64,000 nt of DNA, from positions 91,057 to 155,056 of the forward strand of contig JAUXYJ010000103.1 of NCBI GenBank assembly GCA_030694465.1, given 5' to 3'. Under the pieces are notes generated by a model. That model was not told where the DNA came from. It searched no databases and saw only the letters and a program-made list of their open reading frames with translations. The stretch comes from Deltaproteobacteria bacterium. GTDB lineage: Bacteria > Myxococcota_A > Polyangia > Polyangiales > Ga0077539. This document shows positions 36,108 to 45,741 of the stretch, in pieces. Made by a program: the position numbers and the translations under genes. Within the stretch, counting starts at the first letter, position 1, and each line of letters begins with the position of its first letter.

Positions 36108-36896
36108 TCAGCTCGCGGGCTCGTCGAGGTCTTCGGCTAGGTAGGCCAAGATCACTTCGTCGAGTGACTTTTCGCTCATGAGACCATCGCCAAAGATGTT
36201 GGCTGGGGTCCCTTCGGGCTTGCCGCGAAACGAGCTCAAGATCTCAGGGGATCTCACCGCTTGGTAGTGGCCGCTGGCCCCTGTGGGGCGCGCTGGAGGC
36301 GAGGACGGGCGCACAGGCGTCGCGGTCGCGGTCGCGCGCAGGGAGGGCAGCTGAAGAGCAGGGCGGCTCGCGGTCCCTTGGTCTGCGCTGGGTGCTGGGG
36401 GCAGCGCGCTCGCAGGACTCGAGGGAGGCGCTGGCGCGGGCTCACTCGGGGCCGAGAGCGCCTGGGACACCAGGTCGCCGCTCACCGATGGGCCAGCTTT
36501 GTCCGGGACGCTCGCATCGAACAAGTGATCAAACTGGCCGTCACGCAGGGCAATGAACATCGCCTTGTGTTGATCCTGCATGATTTTTTTCACCAAGACG
36601 GCCATGTCTGGCACGCCCACGAGCTCGCTGTACGTGGTCTTGGTGCTCTTGAGAATACGGCCGCCATCTGCGAACAGATGCGTCATGACGTGCGGGTGAT
36701 TGACACCCGAGTCCTCGGTCTGGATATGAAACACCCTGCCCTTGTGGCGGACATTGGTGTTGTATCCAAGGAGCGGTGATGGACCCTTGGTCATGGGACC
36801 CACGACGATACCACGGAGATTGCCGCGGTAATCAATGAAGCTACGCCGAAGCAGCGATCCTTGACGATTGTCCCGGGAGGCACTGGGCGCGCGCAA
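36108..36896 (-). CDS. Hypothetical protein, last gene of the Hsp70 operon
   Basis: Conserved-looking N-terminal block GYNTNVRHKGRVFHIQTEDSG...HVMTHLFADGGRIL, then a Pro/Ser/Ala-rich tail; 17 nt downstream of the J-domain gene. Confidence 0.4.
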   Translation of the reverse strand: MRAPSASRDNRQGSLLRRSFIDYRGNLRGIVVGPMTKGPSPLLGYNTNVRHKGRVFHIQTEDSGVNHPHVMTHLFADGGRILKSTKTTYSELVGVPDMAVLVKKIMQDQHKAMFIALRDGQFDHLFDASVPDKAGPSVSGDLVSQALSAPSEPAPAPPSSPASALPPAPSADQGTASRPALQLPSLRATATATPVRPSSPPARPTGASGHYQAVRSPEILSSFRGKPEGTPANIFGDGLMSEKSLDEVILAYLAEDLDEPAS

Positions 36897-36912
36897 GGTG
36901 CGAGTTTGAAGA

Positions 36913-37452
36913 TCATGGTTTGCTCAGCGAGTCGATGCGTTTGGCCAGCTCATCAAAGCGGGGCGAGTTGCCTTTGGAGCGCGCGAGCATCAGATGCATG
37001 CGGGCCGCTTTAAAATCATTGCGGTCGAGCGATTCGACGGCTTTGTCAAAGAAGGCGCGGGCAGCTGGAGGGATCGCGGCGTCGACGATTGTGGCGTCCC
37101 CTTCGGCGAACATTTCGTCAGGGCTTAGCCTGAGCGCGCCGCGGCGACGTGCGGCGTCAAAGCGCGCGCGGAGGGTAGCGTGCATCAACACACGGTAGGC
37201 CTCGCTTCCGCGCTTAAAGATCTGCAGGGCGTAGGACTTTTGCTCGGGTTCGTCCTGAAAGCGGTCTGGATGATAGTGCAGCGCGAACAGATGAAACGCA
37301 TCGCGAATTTGCTCAGAGTCTGCGTTGTCAGCCACGGACAAGAGCGCGTAATAGTCCAGCGTCTCGAGCTGACCGAGCGTATCGCGCACCGTAGAGTCGT
37401 CTGCGTCGGTCATGGTGTGAGTGTCCTGCTGCCCTGAGAGCGCAGCGCTCAA
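36913..37452 (-). CDS. J-domain (DnaJ-like) co-chaperone, J-domain only
   Basis: DYYALLSV...YHPDR (HPD motif) J-domain; start overlaps the Hsp70 stop (ATGA). Confidence 0.75.
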   Translation of the reverse strand: MSAALSGQQDTHTMTDADDSTVRDTLGQLETLDYYALLSVADNADSEQIRDAFHLFALHYHPDRFQDEPEQKSYALQIFKRGSEAYRVLMHATLRARFDAARRRGALRLSPDEMFAEGDATIVDAAIPPAARAFFDKAVESLDRNDFKAARMHLMLARSKGNSPRFDELAKRIDSLSKP

Positions 37453-40400
37453 TTGCGTTGGCGTTGGGCCATGTCAGCGGTCTGTCCCGCTGTTGGCATC
37501 GTCAAGAGGTTGATCCGCGCCTCAGTGCTGATGCCCGTGAGGGTGTCACGTGCGCGGACCTGGAGGGTCCCATCGGCGTCGAGCTCGAAGGTCACTTCGA
37601 TGGTGACATCGCCACGATTTGCAGGGCGAAGACCTGAGAGTTCTAGCTCTCCGAGGGGCTGATTTTCACCAAATCGGGCAGACTCACCCTGCGCAATCCG
37701 GATGCGGACCTCTTGCTGGTTGTCGTACGCGGTCGCAAACGCGCGGGTCTGCTCGAGCGGGATGGTGGAGTTGCGAGCGATCACAGTCTGGCTCAACCCA
37801 CCGACGGTCTCGACGCGGAGGCTCTGTGGGGTCACGTCGAGCAAGAGCGGCGTGTGCGCAGGGGCGTCAAAGCGGGGGGCGTTGGGGGCGGGCATCGTTC
37901 CCATGGGGCGCGTGGGCGCCGGCATGGGGTCGGGCAACGGCGGCAACGTGGCCTGCGGCGGCGCGTAGGGCGCGGGAGCGCTGGACTGGGCAAAGGGCAG
38001 CGGGGCTCCTGTACCTCCGGAGGCGCCCGAAGGGGGCAGGGGCTTGAGGGGAGCGGTCGCGACCGCCGACTGCAACGCGGCAGGGGGCGTGTACACTGCA
38101 AACGGCGCAAGCGGCGGCGCAAGCGGCGGCGCTGGTAGCGGATCGAAATCCGGCATCGGGAGCAAGGGAGGCGCGGGCTCGGCGTCAAAACCGAGCTCAT
38201 CCGCCGAGAGCCCCTTCGAGGACATGAGCATCGAGCCCGGCTCGGTCTCAAACGTCGCGGTGTGCACCTGGCTACGTAGGGGCGGCGGGGGTTGCGCGAT
38301 CGAAGGGGTTGGCGGCGGCGGCGGGGTCGCGGCGATCATCACGGCTGTGCGGCGGCCCACTGCGTTTGCCGAGGCTGGCGTGGGCGGAGGCAGCGGAGGG
38401 GGCGCGAAGGGAGCGGGGGGCGTGAAGGCGCGTGGGCGACTGGGGACCGCGGCAGGGAGGTCTTCGTCAGCCTCGGTGATGAGCGTAGAGATGCGCTTGA
38501 GTGTCGTGACGCTCTCGGGCGGCTCCTCGAAGGATGGCGTCGACACGAGGCTTGGGAGGTTAGCGCCGATGGAAGGTTGCGTGCGGATCGCCGAGGTCGC
38601 GGGGAGCCCAGGGGGCTGAGCCCCGCCGAGTCCTCGGGTGTCTACCGATGGAAACGTCGGCAAATTCGACTCGATTTTGGCTTTGTCTGAGCTTCCACTC
38701 ACGCTCGGTGGCTTGGGCGGCGACATCGCCGGCAGGTCACTGAGTGCGTTGGGTGGGGCGCTTCGAGCTGACGGCCCCATCGATGCGGTGGAGGTGCGCG
38801 GACGCAGCGCCGGCACCGCCACGGGCATGTCGGTAAGCTTCGGTAGCTTGGCTTCGATGCGTGAGGACACCTTGGGGAGCAGCTCGCTCGAGGCCCGCAT
38901 GGAGGTCGGCTCGTCGCCGTAATCGTCCATAATCGCAGGAAAATCACGGACCTTGGTGTTATCCAACTCGTCGTCGTCGAAGTCCGTCGCCAGGGGCGGC
39001 TGGGACTGTCCGGTCGACCATGAGAGGTCTCCAGTGCGCGGGGGGGCGATGCTCGATGAAGCGCCATGAGGGGCCGGCGGGGGGGTCGCAGCCGAGGAGT
39101 GCGTGATCGTTCGGGTGCGCATCCGTGGCGTGGGCGAGCTGGGCGGCTGGGCGGCAGGGCTGACCTTGGGCAGGTCTGAGTGCCCTTCGCCGAGCGACGA
39201 GACAACGGCTCCGAGGCCTTGGGGCTCGGTGGTCATTCGACCGCGCTGTACGGGCGCGGCGGGCAACGCGACCGAGGGCGCCGCGTCGAGGTCCAGGTCG
39301 ATCTTGACGGCAGGCAAACCGCTGACTGAGAGGGCCGCGGGCGCTTGCATCCGAGGGATGGCTGGGAGGTCTGAAAACGTCCCGCCAGGGCTGCCTTGGA
39401 GAGCCGGGAGATCCGCGACCGAGGCAGGTCTAGGGGCTTCGCCGCCGAAGACGGCAGTGCCCGCCACAGGGCTACCGTCGGGGCGCCGGAGAGCAGGCAA
39501 GCTCGTGTTGGACTGGGCCAAGTTGGGATCCAGTCCGTATGCGGGCGTGCCCATGGGCGGACGCGGGGGAGTGCCTCGGGCGGCGTTGACGCTTGGGTCT
39601 GTGGGCGCTGGGGCTCCGGGGGCAGCGCCGCCAAAGATCGAGGACGCGTAGGCTGCGCCAGAGCGCCCGGGCGAGATCGCGGGGAGCGCGGATTCGGAGA
39701 TGGACGGAGAGCGCGGCGCGACGGGCTGTTTGAGCAGCGCGTTGGCGTCTTGGTCGCTCGCGCTGGCGCCTGGAGGGGGCGCGGAGGGGAGCTTTCCGGA
39801 GCGCGAATGGCCGGTGATTTTAGTGCGTTTTCCGCCGAGAGCTTCGGCCAAAATCGCGGCCCCTGTCGCGACGACGGTCTCGGGCGGGAGCGCGGTGTGC
39901 GGCTCGGCTTTGAAGAAGTCTCGGACGGCTTTGCGCACGAGGGGCATCTGCGAAGAGCCCCCGACAAGAATCACTGCACCAAAATCAGCGGGCTTGAGTC
40001 CGGCGAGCTTGAGCGCTTCGGCGCACACGTCGATCGTGCGTTGCACATAGGGCTGGGCGACCTTTTCGAACTCTCCGCGGGTCACCCGCGTGCGAAATTC
40101 GAGCGCACGCCCGCCAGGGCCCGTCGCGATATTCGGGATGCGAATTTGCGAGGATTCCATGCTCGAGAGGTCGATTTTGGCTTGCTCCGCAGAGGCCCTC
40201 AGGATCTCGAACACGCGTCGGTCTTTGACCGCGTCAATCCGAAGCGTCTTGGTGGCGGCGTCCGCGAGCCCCTCGGTCATCGCGAGGTCAATGTCATCGC
40301 CGCCCAAGAACGTATCGCCGGCGGTGGCGAGGACCTCGAAGACGTTTCCAGAGAGCTCGAGCAGCGTGACGTCAAAGGTACCGCCACCGAAGTCAAAGAC

Positions 40401-40976
40401 GGCGATGCGCTCACGGGTTCCGCGGCCGTAGCCGTACGCGAGCGCGGCGGCGGTGGGCTCGTTAAGAATTCGTGCGACGTCAAAGTCAGCGATTTGCCCC
40501 GCAAGCTTGGTCGCGCTGCGCTGGAGCTCGTTGAAGTTCGCCGGGACGGTGATCACCGCGCGCCCGATCGGTTGTCCCAGCGCGGCCTCGGCGACACGCC
40601 GGACCTCGCGGAGCACCAGCGCCGAGAGCTCAGGGAGCGTGTGCGTCCCTGCGCGTGTGCGCACGAGCACCGCTTGGTCAGGGCCGCGCTCTAAGCGAAA
40701 CGCAAACCGCGCCGCGGCACGCCGGACTTCTTCGGTGTCAAACGGGCGCCCCATCAGGCGTTTGACCGAAAACACAGTGTTCTCGGGGTCCATCGCCCGT
40801 GCGGCCTTGGCCGGTGCGCCGATCAACGTGCGTCCATCTGGACCAAACGAGATCACGCTCGGGACAAGCGCGAACCCCTCGGGGTTGGTTAGCACCCGCG
40901 GTTGTCCACCTTGTGCGACCGCAACCACTGAGTTGCTCGTGCCAAGGTCGATGCCCACTGCGACCGGATTGCTCAT
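37449..40976 (-). CDS. Atypical Hsp70-family chaperone: NBD (about 380 aa) + about 620-aa Pro/Ala/Ser-rich low-complexity linker + C-terminal SBD-beta, no helical lid
   Basis: N-terminus: GIDLGTSNSVVAV, ILNEPTAAALAYG, VFDFGGGTFDV, LVGGSSQMP. C-terminus: LLDVTPQSLRVETVGG...RNSTIP...VTFELDADGTLQVRARD is a canonical SBD-beta. The interdomain LLLDV linker motif is displaced to after the long insertion. Confidence 0.8.
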   Translation of the reverse strand: MSNPVAVGIDLGTSNSVVAVAQGGQPRVLTNPEGFALVPSVISFGPDGRTLIGAPAKAARAMDPENTVFSVKRLMGRPFDTEEVRRAAARFAFRLERGPDQAVLVRTRAGTHTLPELSALVLREVRRVAEAALGQPIGRAVITVPANFNELQRSATKLAGQIADFDVARILNEPTAAALAYGYGRGTRERIAVFDFGGGTFDVTLLELSGNVFEVLATAGDTFLGGDDIDLAMTEGLADAATKTLRIDAVKDRRVFEILRASAEQAKIDLSSMESSQIRIPNIATGPGGRALEFRTRVTRGEFEKVAQPYVQRTIDVCAEALKLAGLKPADFGAVILVGGSSQMPLVRKAVRDFFKAEPHTALPPETVVATGAAILAEALGGKRTKITGHSRSGKLPSAPPPGASASDQDANALLKQPVAPRSPSISESALPAISPGRSGAAYASSIFGGAAPGAPAPTDPSVNAARGTPPRPPMGTPAYGLDPNLAQSNTSLPALRRPDGSPVAGTAVFGGEAPRPASVADLPALQGSPGGTFSDLPAIPRMQAPAALSVSGLPAVKIDLDLDAAPSVALPAAPVQRGRMTTEPQGLGAVVSSLGEGHSDLPKVSPAAQPPSSPTPRMRTRTITHSSAATPPPAPHGASSSIAPPRTGDLSWSTGQSQPPLATDFDDDELDNTKVRDFPAIMDDYGDEPTSMRASSELLPKVSSRIEAKLPKLTDMPVAVPALRPRTSTASMGPSARSAPPNALSDLPAMSPPKPPSVSGSSDKAKIESNLPTFPSVDTRGLGGAQPPGLPATSAIRTQPSIGANLPSLVSTPSFEEPPESVTTLKRISTLITEADEDLPAAVPSRPRAFTPPAPFAPPPLPPPTPASANAVGRRTAVMIAATPPPPPTPSIAQPPPPLRSQVHTATFETEPGSMLMSSKGLSADELGFDAEPAPPLLPMPDFDPLPAPPLAPPLAPFAVYTPPAALQSAVATAPLKPLPPSGASGGTGAPLPFAQSSAPAPYAPPQATLPPLPDPMPAPTRPMGTMPAPNAPRFDAPAHTPLLLDVTPQSLRVETVGGLSQTVIARNSTIPLEQTRAFATAYDNQQEVRIRIAQGESARFGENQPLGELELSGLRPANRGDVTIEVTFELDADGTLQVRARDTLTGISTEARINLLTMPTAGQTADMAQRQRN

Positions 40977-41572
40977 GACTGTTCTTCTCGCTCAACTTCA
41001 AACTGTACCGTGAGAGCCCGCTCAATGGCGTCAAGTTCGTCCGCAATCCAGCGTCGGACACTCGACTCAAAGGGCCACATAAAACCGTAATCTGGCCCAG
41101 CAAAACGCCGGACCATGTGCGCCGCGACGGCCGGGCTGCGGGCTGCCTCGATCCCCTCGCGCTGCGCGATGCATCGCAACGAGACCGCGTAGGCTTCCCA
41201 CTCCAGCCGCGCGCGTCCATAGGCCAAGCCCATCGGAAACGGGAGCAAGAGATAGATCAGCGCCATCAAGACCCAGCCGAATCGCTCGAATTGCGCCACA
41301 TGGACGAGCTCGTGCTCGAGCACTTCCCATCGGTCGCCTGCCGAGCGCTCGGCCCAGTCGCGAGGAACAAAGATCCCGCGACCGAGGGTAGTGACATATT
41401 CTGTCATGTACGATCGCATCCCTCCCAGGGTCACTACGCGCAGGGCCTGGTCGATCCAGCGCTGGTGCCAAAACCCGTCTTTTTGCACGATGCGCACGCC
41501 CATGGCCTCACATCGCGCGAGGGTCGCGGCGAGGAGCACTTCGGGTGTGATCAGGGCATTGGGAGAAGGCAT
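40973..41572 (-). CDS. HExxH-motif protein (putative Zn-dependent peptidase-like), first gene of the Hsp70 operon
   Basis: HELVHVAQFE motif followed by a hydrophobic helix; stop overlaps the Hsp70 start (ATGA). Confidence 0.4.
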   Translation of the reverse strand: MPSPNALITPEVLLAATLARCEAMGVRIVQKDGFWHQRWIDQALRVVTLGGMRSYMTEYVTTLGRGIFVPRDWAERSAGDRWEVLEHELVHVAQFERFGWVLMALIYLLLPFPMGLAYGRARLEWEAYAVSLRCIAQREGIEAARSPAVAAHMVRRFAGPDYGFMWPFESSVRRWIADELDAIERALTVQFEVEREEQS

Positions 41573-41599
41573 GTCGAGTCAGTGAAGTGATCAGGGGGT

Positions 41600-42562
41600 C
41601 TAAAATGAGTGAGACGCGCGGAGCCAGGGCCAGACCGAGATGGGTCCGTACGCGAGCAGCGAGCGCTCGCCGCCGATGATTAACAGGCCGACATCTACGG
41701 CGCTCTTGCGGCCAAAGAGTCTGGCCCCGAGGAGGCCATAGGGCATCACGCGGGGCTGCGAATTTCCGAGCAGAGAGCGCAGGGCGGTGCGGGCGGCTTG
41801 CTCTTGCGCGAGCTCTCCCAGCACCACGACCTGGGCCAACAATTTGACGCCTTCGGTCACGCGCAGGTCAAACGACGCGTGCGCGAGTCCCCAGAGGCCG
41901 CCCAAGAGCGCGCGCTGGCCCACGTGGACGCCTACGTGCACGCCTCCGCCCTCACCGCCGACGGACAAGAGCGGCCCGGCGGCCCACCACGGACCGCCAC
42001 CTCCCCAGGTGAATCCCAAGAAATCCGTAGCGCCCGGCCCCGGATGGATCGGCACCTGGGTCATCCCCCACAGCGCCAAGGCCCACGCGCGCTCTCGCAC
42101 GAGCGCGACGCGCACATCGGCGCTGAGCCCGACGAGCGCAAACGGGAGCCCCACGCCCACGTCGACACGTCGATGGAGCCCGCGGCGCACCGCGACCCAG
42201 CCCAACAGCGAGCCCAGCTCAAGGGTGTTGTCGTGGGCGTAAGGGAGCCGGGCGGTGGGCATCGCGAAGGTGGCGCCTTGGGCAGGGTCGGTGGCCTCGG
42301 GCGGTCGGGACACGACGAGCTCTTGCGCGTCGAGTGGGCCAAACGCAGGGGGACGGTCGCTCTGAATTGGCGCGTTGGGCGGCGTGTTGGGCGGCGTCGG
42401 AGTAGACTCAGGTGCACGTGGGGGCAGAGGCAAGTCAGCGCGTGGGCGATCGGTCGGAGGCTGAGTCCACGGGACATTTTGCCCGAAGCCGCGCGCAGGG
42501 GCGCAGAGGCACAGACTGCCTACGACCCCCGCCAGGACGCTGCTCACACGAGATTGCACCAA
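41600..42562 (-). CDS. Secreted hypothetical protein (Pro-rich N-terminus, Gly-rich beta-rich C-terminus)
   Basis: Signal peptide; ends in aromatic residue (SHSF), suggestive of an outer-membrane beta-barrel. Confidence 0.35.
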   Translation of the reverse strand: MVQSRVSSVLAGVVGSLCLCAPARGFGQNVPWTQPPTDRPRADLPLPPRAPESTPTPPNTPPNAPIQSDRPPAFGPLDAQELVVSRPPEATDPAQGATFAMPTARLPYAHDNTLELGSLLGWVAVRRGLHRRVDVGVGLPFALVGLSADVRVALVRERAWALALWGMTQVPIHPGPGATDFLGFTWGGGGPWWAAGPLLSVGGEGGGVHVGVHVGQRALLGGLWGLAHASFDLRVTEGVKLLAQVVVLGELAQEQAARTALRSLLGNSQPRVMPYGLLGARLFGRKSAVDVGLLIIGGERSLLAYGPISVWPWLRASHSF

Positions 42563-42620
42563 GAACGCTCAGCACAATCATGCGCGATCTTAGGGATGCG
42601 TGGCAAAATTGCGGTGATCG

Positions 42621-43886
42621 TTAGGGTCGCGTGTGACCGTCGCCGTAGACCACAAACTTCTCTGCGGTGAGCTCGCGCAGGCCCATGGGTCCCCAGGCGT
42701 GCATGCGGCTGGTCGAGATTCCGATCTCGGCGCCGAGGCCGAGCTGACCCCCGTCGTTAAAGCGCGTAGACGCGTTGAGCAGCACACACGACGCGGTGAC
42801 CTCGCGAAGAAATCGCTCGCCCGCGTCGGGGTCGCCCGTGACAATCGCTGCGGTGTGCTCGGAGCCATGCTTGGCGATGTGCGCGAGGGCTTCGTCGAGT
42901 GAGTCCACCACGCGCACCGCGAGATCGAGCGAGAGAAACTCGCGGTCCCAGTCTTCGGGCTCAGCCGGGACACACGCGATCTTCGAAGCGGTGAGCGCTG
43001 CGTGAGCTCGCGCGTCGCAGTGAAGCGTGACGCCCGCGTCGCACAACGCGCGCGCGATAAAAGCAAACGCGTCCCCGCTGTCTTGCAGTACGGCCTGGTG
43101 CACGAGCCAAGTCTCTGCCGCGTTGCACACCCCGGGGCGCTGCGTCTTGGCGTTGACTAAGATCGCGGCGGCCATCTCACGTGGGGCGCTCGCGTCCACA
43201 AATACGTGGCAAATTCCCTGGCCATGTCGGATCACCGGGACCCGCGCGTGCTCATCGACCATGGCCATGAGCGAGGCACCTCCGCGCGGGATGCAGAGGT
43301 CCACGAGGCCCGTCGCGCCAAGCAGCTCTGCGACACGCTCGCGTGAGGTGTCATCGATGAAGAGCACTGCGTCCATGGGCGCCTTGGCCTGGGCGAGCGC
43401 ATCGCGGACGATCTTGGCGAGGGCGCGGTTGCTCTCGAGGGCCTCGCGGCCTCCGCGCAGCACCAGCGCGTTGCCGCTCTTGATCGCGAGGGCGGCACAC
43501 TCGACGGTCACATTGGGGCGCGCCTCGTAGACCACGGCGAGCACGCCAAGGGGTACGCGTCGCTTGCAAATTCGCAGACCGTTGGGGCGCGTTCCCATCT
43601 CGCGGAGCTCTCCGAGGGGGTCCGCGAGCGAGGCTACATCGCGCACGCTCTCGGCCATCACGTGCACTCGCGCGGGGTCTAAGCGCAGCCGGTCGAGCAT
43701 GGCCTCTCCCATGCCGCTCTCACGAGCGCGGGCCATGTCCTGAGCGTTGTGCGCGAGGATTGTGGACACGTTGGCGTCGAGCGCGTCAGCGATGGACTCG
43801 AGCACGGCGTCACGCTGTGGGCCGCTGAGGGTCGCGAGGACGCGGGATGCAGCACGGGACAGGACAAGGTTTTCGCGAATTGACAT
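42621..43886 (-). CDS. proA: Gamma-glutamyl phosphate reductase
   Basis: Aldehyde dehydrogenase fold with ProA-specific N-terminus (MSIRENLV...LESIADAL) and catalytic Cys region; start set at internal Met. Confidence 0.8.
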   Translation of the reverse strand: MSIRENLVLSRAASRVLATLSGPQRDAVLESIADALDANVSTILAHNAQDMARARESGMGEAMLDRLRLDPARVHVMAESVRDVASLADPLGELREMGTRPNGLRICKRRVPLGVLAVVYEARPNVTVECAALAIKSGNALVLRGGREALESNRALAKIVRDALAQAKAPMDAVLFIDDTSRERVAELLGATGLVDLCIPRGGASLMAMVDEHARVPVIRHGQGICHVFVDASAPREMAAAILVNAKTQRPGVCNAAETWLVHQAVLQDSGDAFAFIARALCDAGVTLHCDARAHAALTASKIACVPAEPEDWDREFLSLDLAVRVVDSLDEALAHIAKHGSEHTAAIVTGDPDAGERFLREVTASCVLLNASTRFNDGGQLGLGAEIGISTSRMHAWGPMGLRELTAEKFVVYGDGHTRP

Positions 43887-44005
43887 GGTAAACGAGGCCG
43901 GGACTGTGCGAGCGATCGGGGCATGTGACAAGTGCAGAGCGCGCGATGAGATCACCAAGCGCGAGAGAGCCATGTAGGATTTGGCGCAAAGGATCGTAAG
44001 GCGAC

Positions 44006-45148
44006 GTGATGACACTTTTGAGCAGTCCGAGGCGGTTTGCACGTGGACTACGGAGCGCAGCGCTGGCGTGCGCGGCGCTGTCGCTCTCGTGTGCTCCGGG
44101 GACCGATTTTTTTATCTCGGTGCAGGGGATCCCAGGCGGGGCGTTTTTGGGAGCGTGGGTTTCGCCTGATGGATCGCAGGCGTTTTTGGCCGGAGGGCTC
44201 GTCGGTGTCGACCCGGCGACGTCGCCGGATCCCATGGCCATGGGGCGCTTGGTGCGCTATCGGCAGGGTCGCTTTGAGACGCTCTGTCGCACGCCCTCGG
44301 TGCTGTGGTGGGTCTTTGGCGTCGATGGGGTCGTGTTTGCGAGCGGCGAAGACGGGATGGTCTTGCGCTACGACGAGGCGCGTGGGTGCGTGCGTCTGCC
44401 CTTGGGAGGGAGCTGGCCGCGCGGGCTCCCGACCCTCTGGGGCGTGTGGGGACCGAGCGCAAATGACCTCACGTTTGTGGGCGGCAGCGCGCTCCCTGAT
44501 GGCCCACGGGGAGTGCTCTTGCGCTACGATGGTGCTGCGTTTACGCAGGCGGTTCTTCCGTCGGCGATGCAAGACGTGAACCTCTACAAGCTCGCGCCCT
44601 CGGCCAGCGGGCTCTTTGTTGTGGGCGCGCGTGGGACCATCGCGCGGCGCCCTCTGGCGGGAGGAGAGTTTGCGATCGAGCCCGTCCCGAGGCTCGGCGG
44701 AGACGACCTGCTCTTCACGGTCGCGTGCCCGCAGACGGGCTCTGAGGACTGCATCGCGGTCGGAGGCGTTGGCATCGGGCGCGTGCTGCGGCGCGGCGCG
44801 GCGGGCGCATGGACCCTTGACCCGATCAGCGAAGAAAACGCTGGGCTCAATGGCGTATGGATCGGTACAGACCGGCGCGCTTTTATCGTGGGAAATCAGG
44901 GCACCACGTTGTTTACAGACAGCACCGGAGCGCAGCCCACGTTGCGTCCTCCGATGCCCGCGGTGCGTGATCCATTGCACGCGGTGGCGGGCGGTGGCGG
45001 GCTCGTGATCGCGGTCGGCGGCGAGCTCTTTGACTCGCGCCCCAGCCAGCGCGGGACGATCTTGCTGCGCGGGCCACAGCGCGGGGGCTTTGTCTTCGAT
45101 GGCATGCCAGTCGCGTCTACGGGCGCGCTGAGAGAGGCACTCCCGTGA
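44006..45148 (+). CDS. Lipoprotein, probable beta-propeller-like repeats
   Basis: Lipobox LSLSCAPG; repeated G..VW/VF....G blocks; contains an in-frame copy of the 16-nt palindrome (codes PATSP). Confidence 0.4.
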   Translation: MMTLLSSPRRFARGLRSAALACAALSLSCAPGTDFFISVQGIPGGAFLGAWVSPDGSQAFLAGGLVGVDPATSPDPMAMGRLVRYRQGRFETLCRTPSVLWWVFGVDGVVFASGEDGMVLRYDEARGCVRLPLGGSWPRGLPTLWGVWGPSANDLTFVGGSALPDGPRGVLLRYDGAAFTQAVLPSAMQDVNLYKLAPSASGLFVVGARGTIARRPLAGGEFAIEPVPRLGGDDLLFTVACPQTGSEDCIAVGGVGIGRVLRRGAAGAWTLDPISEENAGLNGVWIGTDRRAFIVGNQGTTLFTDSTGAQPTLRPPMPAVRDPLHAVAGGGGLVIAVGGELFDSRPSQRGTILLRGPQRGGFVFDGMPVASTGALREALP

Positions 45149-45738
45149 GCGAGAGCGTCGCGATACGTGCGAGGCTGATCGGTGATTTGTTAGACGAAAT
45201 CCTCGATGAAATTGAGAGCGATCCCGCGACACGCTCGCTGATCCAGGTCGAGCGGCATCGACAGACGCGCGAGCTCGAGCGCAGGCTCGTCCTCCGAGAT
45301 GCGCGGAGCCTCGTGATGGAAGCGCTGCAGGATTACTGTCGTGAGTTCGTCGAGCGCGCGGTGGCGCGGGACCTCTGCACGGTGGACTGGCTCGACAACG
45401 AGACCCGGCTTTTTTGCAACGAAAAGTGCGATGGCTGCAAGGGCTTAGGGACGGTCTCGGGCGATCGCGTGTGTGGCTGCGCGAGCCCTTGGCCAGGGTC
45501 GCTCTATCGTCTTGCGAGGATGCTCGGGTTGCCGCCGGCCAAGATCCTCGCGCAAGAGCGCATCGACCGTGGGCGCTTCAGAGACACGGTGGGCGTGGTG
45601 TATGTCCCGTCACTTGATGGGCAAATTCGCAGCGTGAGTCGCCCTGGCACGTTTGGGGATCTCAAGATGTGGGTGCTGCGTCAAGACCCCGCGATGCCCG
45701 GCGTGCGGTGGCCTCGGTTGGTGCGCTCGGCAGAGTAG
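45145..45738 (+). CDS. Hypothetical protein, translationally coupled to the upstream lipoprotein
   Basis: GTGA overlap; CxxC...C.C cysteine cluster (CNEKCDGCKGLG...CGC). Confidence 0.35.
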   Translation: MSESVAIRARLIGDLLDEILDEIESDPATRSLIQVERHRQTRELERRLVLRDARSLVMEALQDYCREFVERAVARDLCTVDWLDNETRLFCNEKCDGCKGLGTVSGDRVCGCASPWPGSLYRLARMLGLPPAKILAQERIDRGRFRDTVGVVYVPSLDGQIRSVSRPGTFGDLKMWVLRQDPAMPGVRWPRLVRSAE

Positions 45739-45741
45739 CGC

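Noticed and set aside
37619-40694. Many ORFs on both strands inside the Hsp70 gene, for example 39396..40694(+) and 38044..38619(+)
   Set aside because: These are artefacts of the GC/Pro-codon-rich linker and of the antisense of the NBD. The Hsp70 reading frame is continuous and motif-anchored at both ends.
44048-45232. 394-aa ORF antisense to lipoprotein gene 44006..45148
   Set aside because: Extremely Arg-rich (RRRRR-type) translation is a hallmark of an antisense GC frame.
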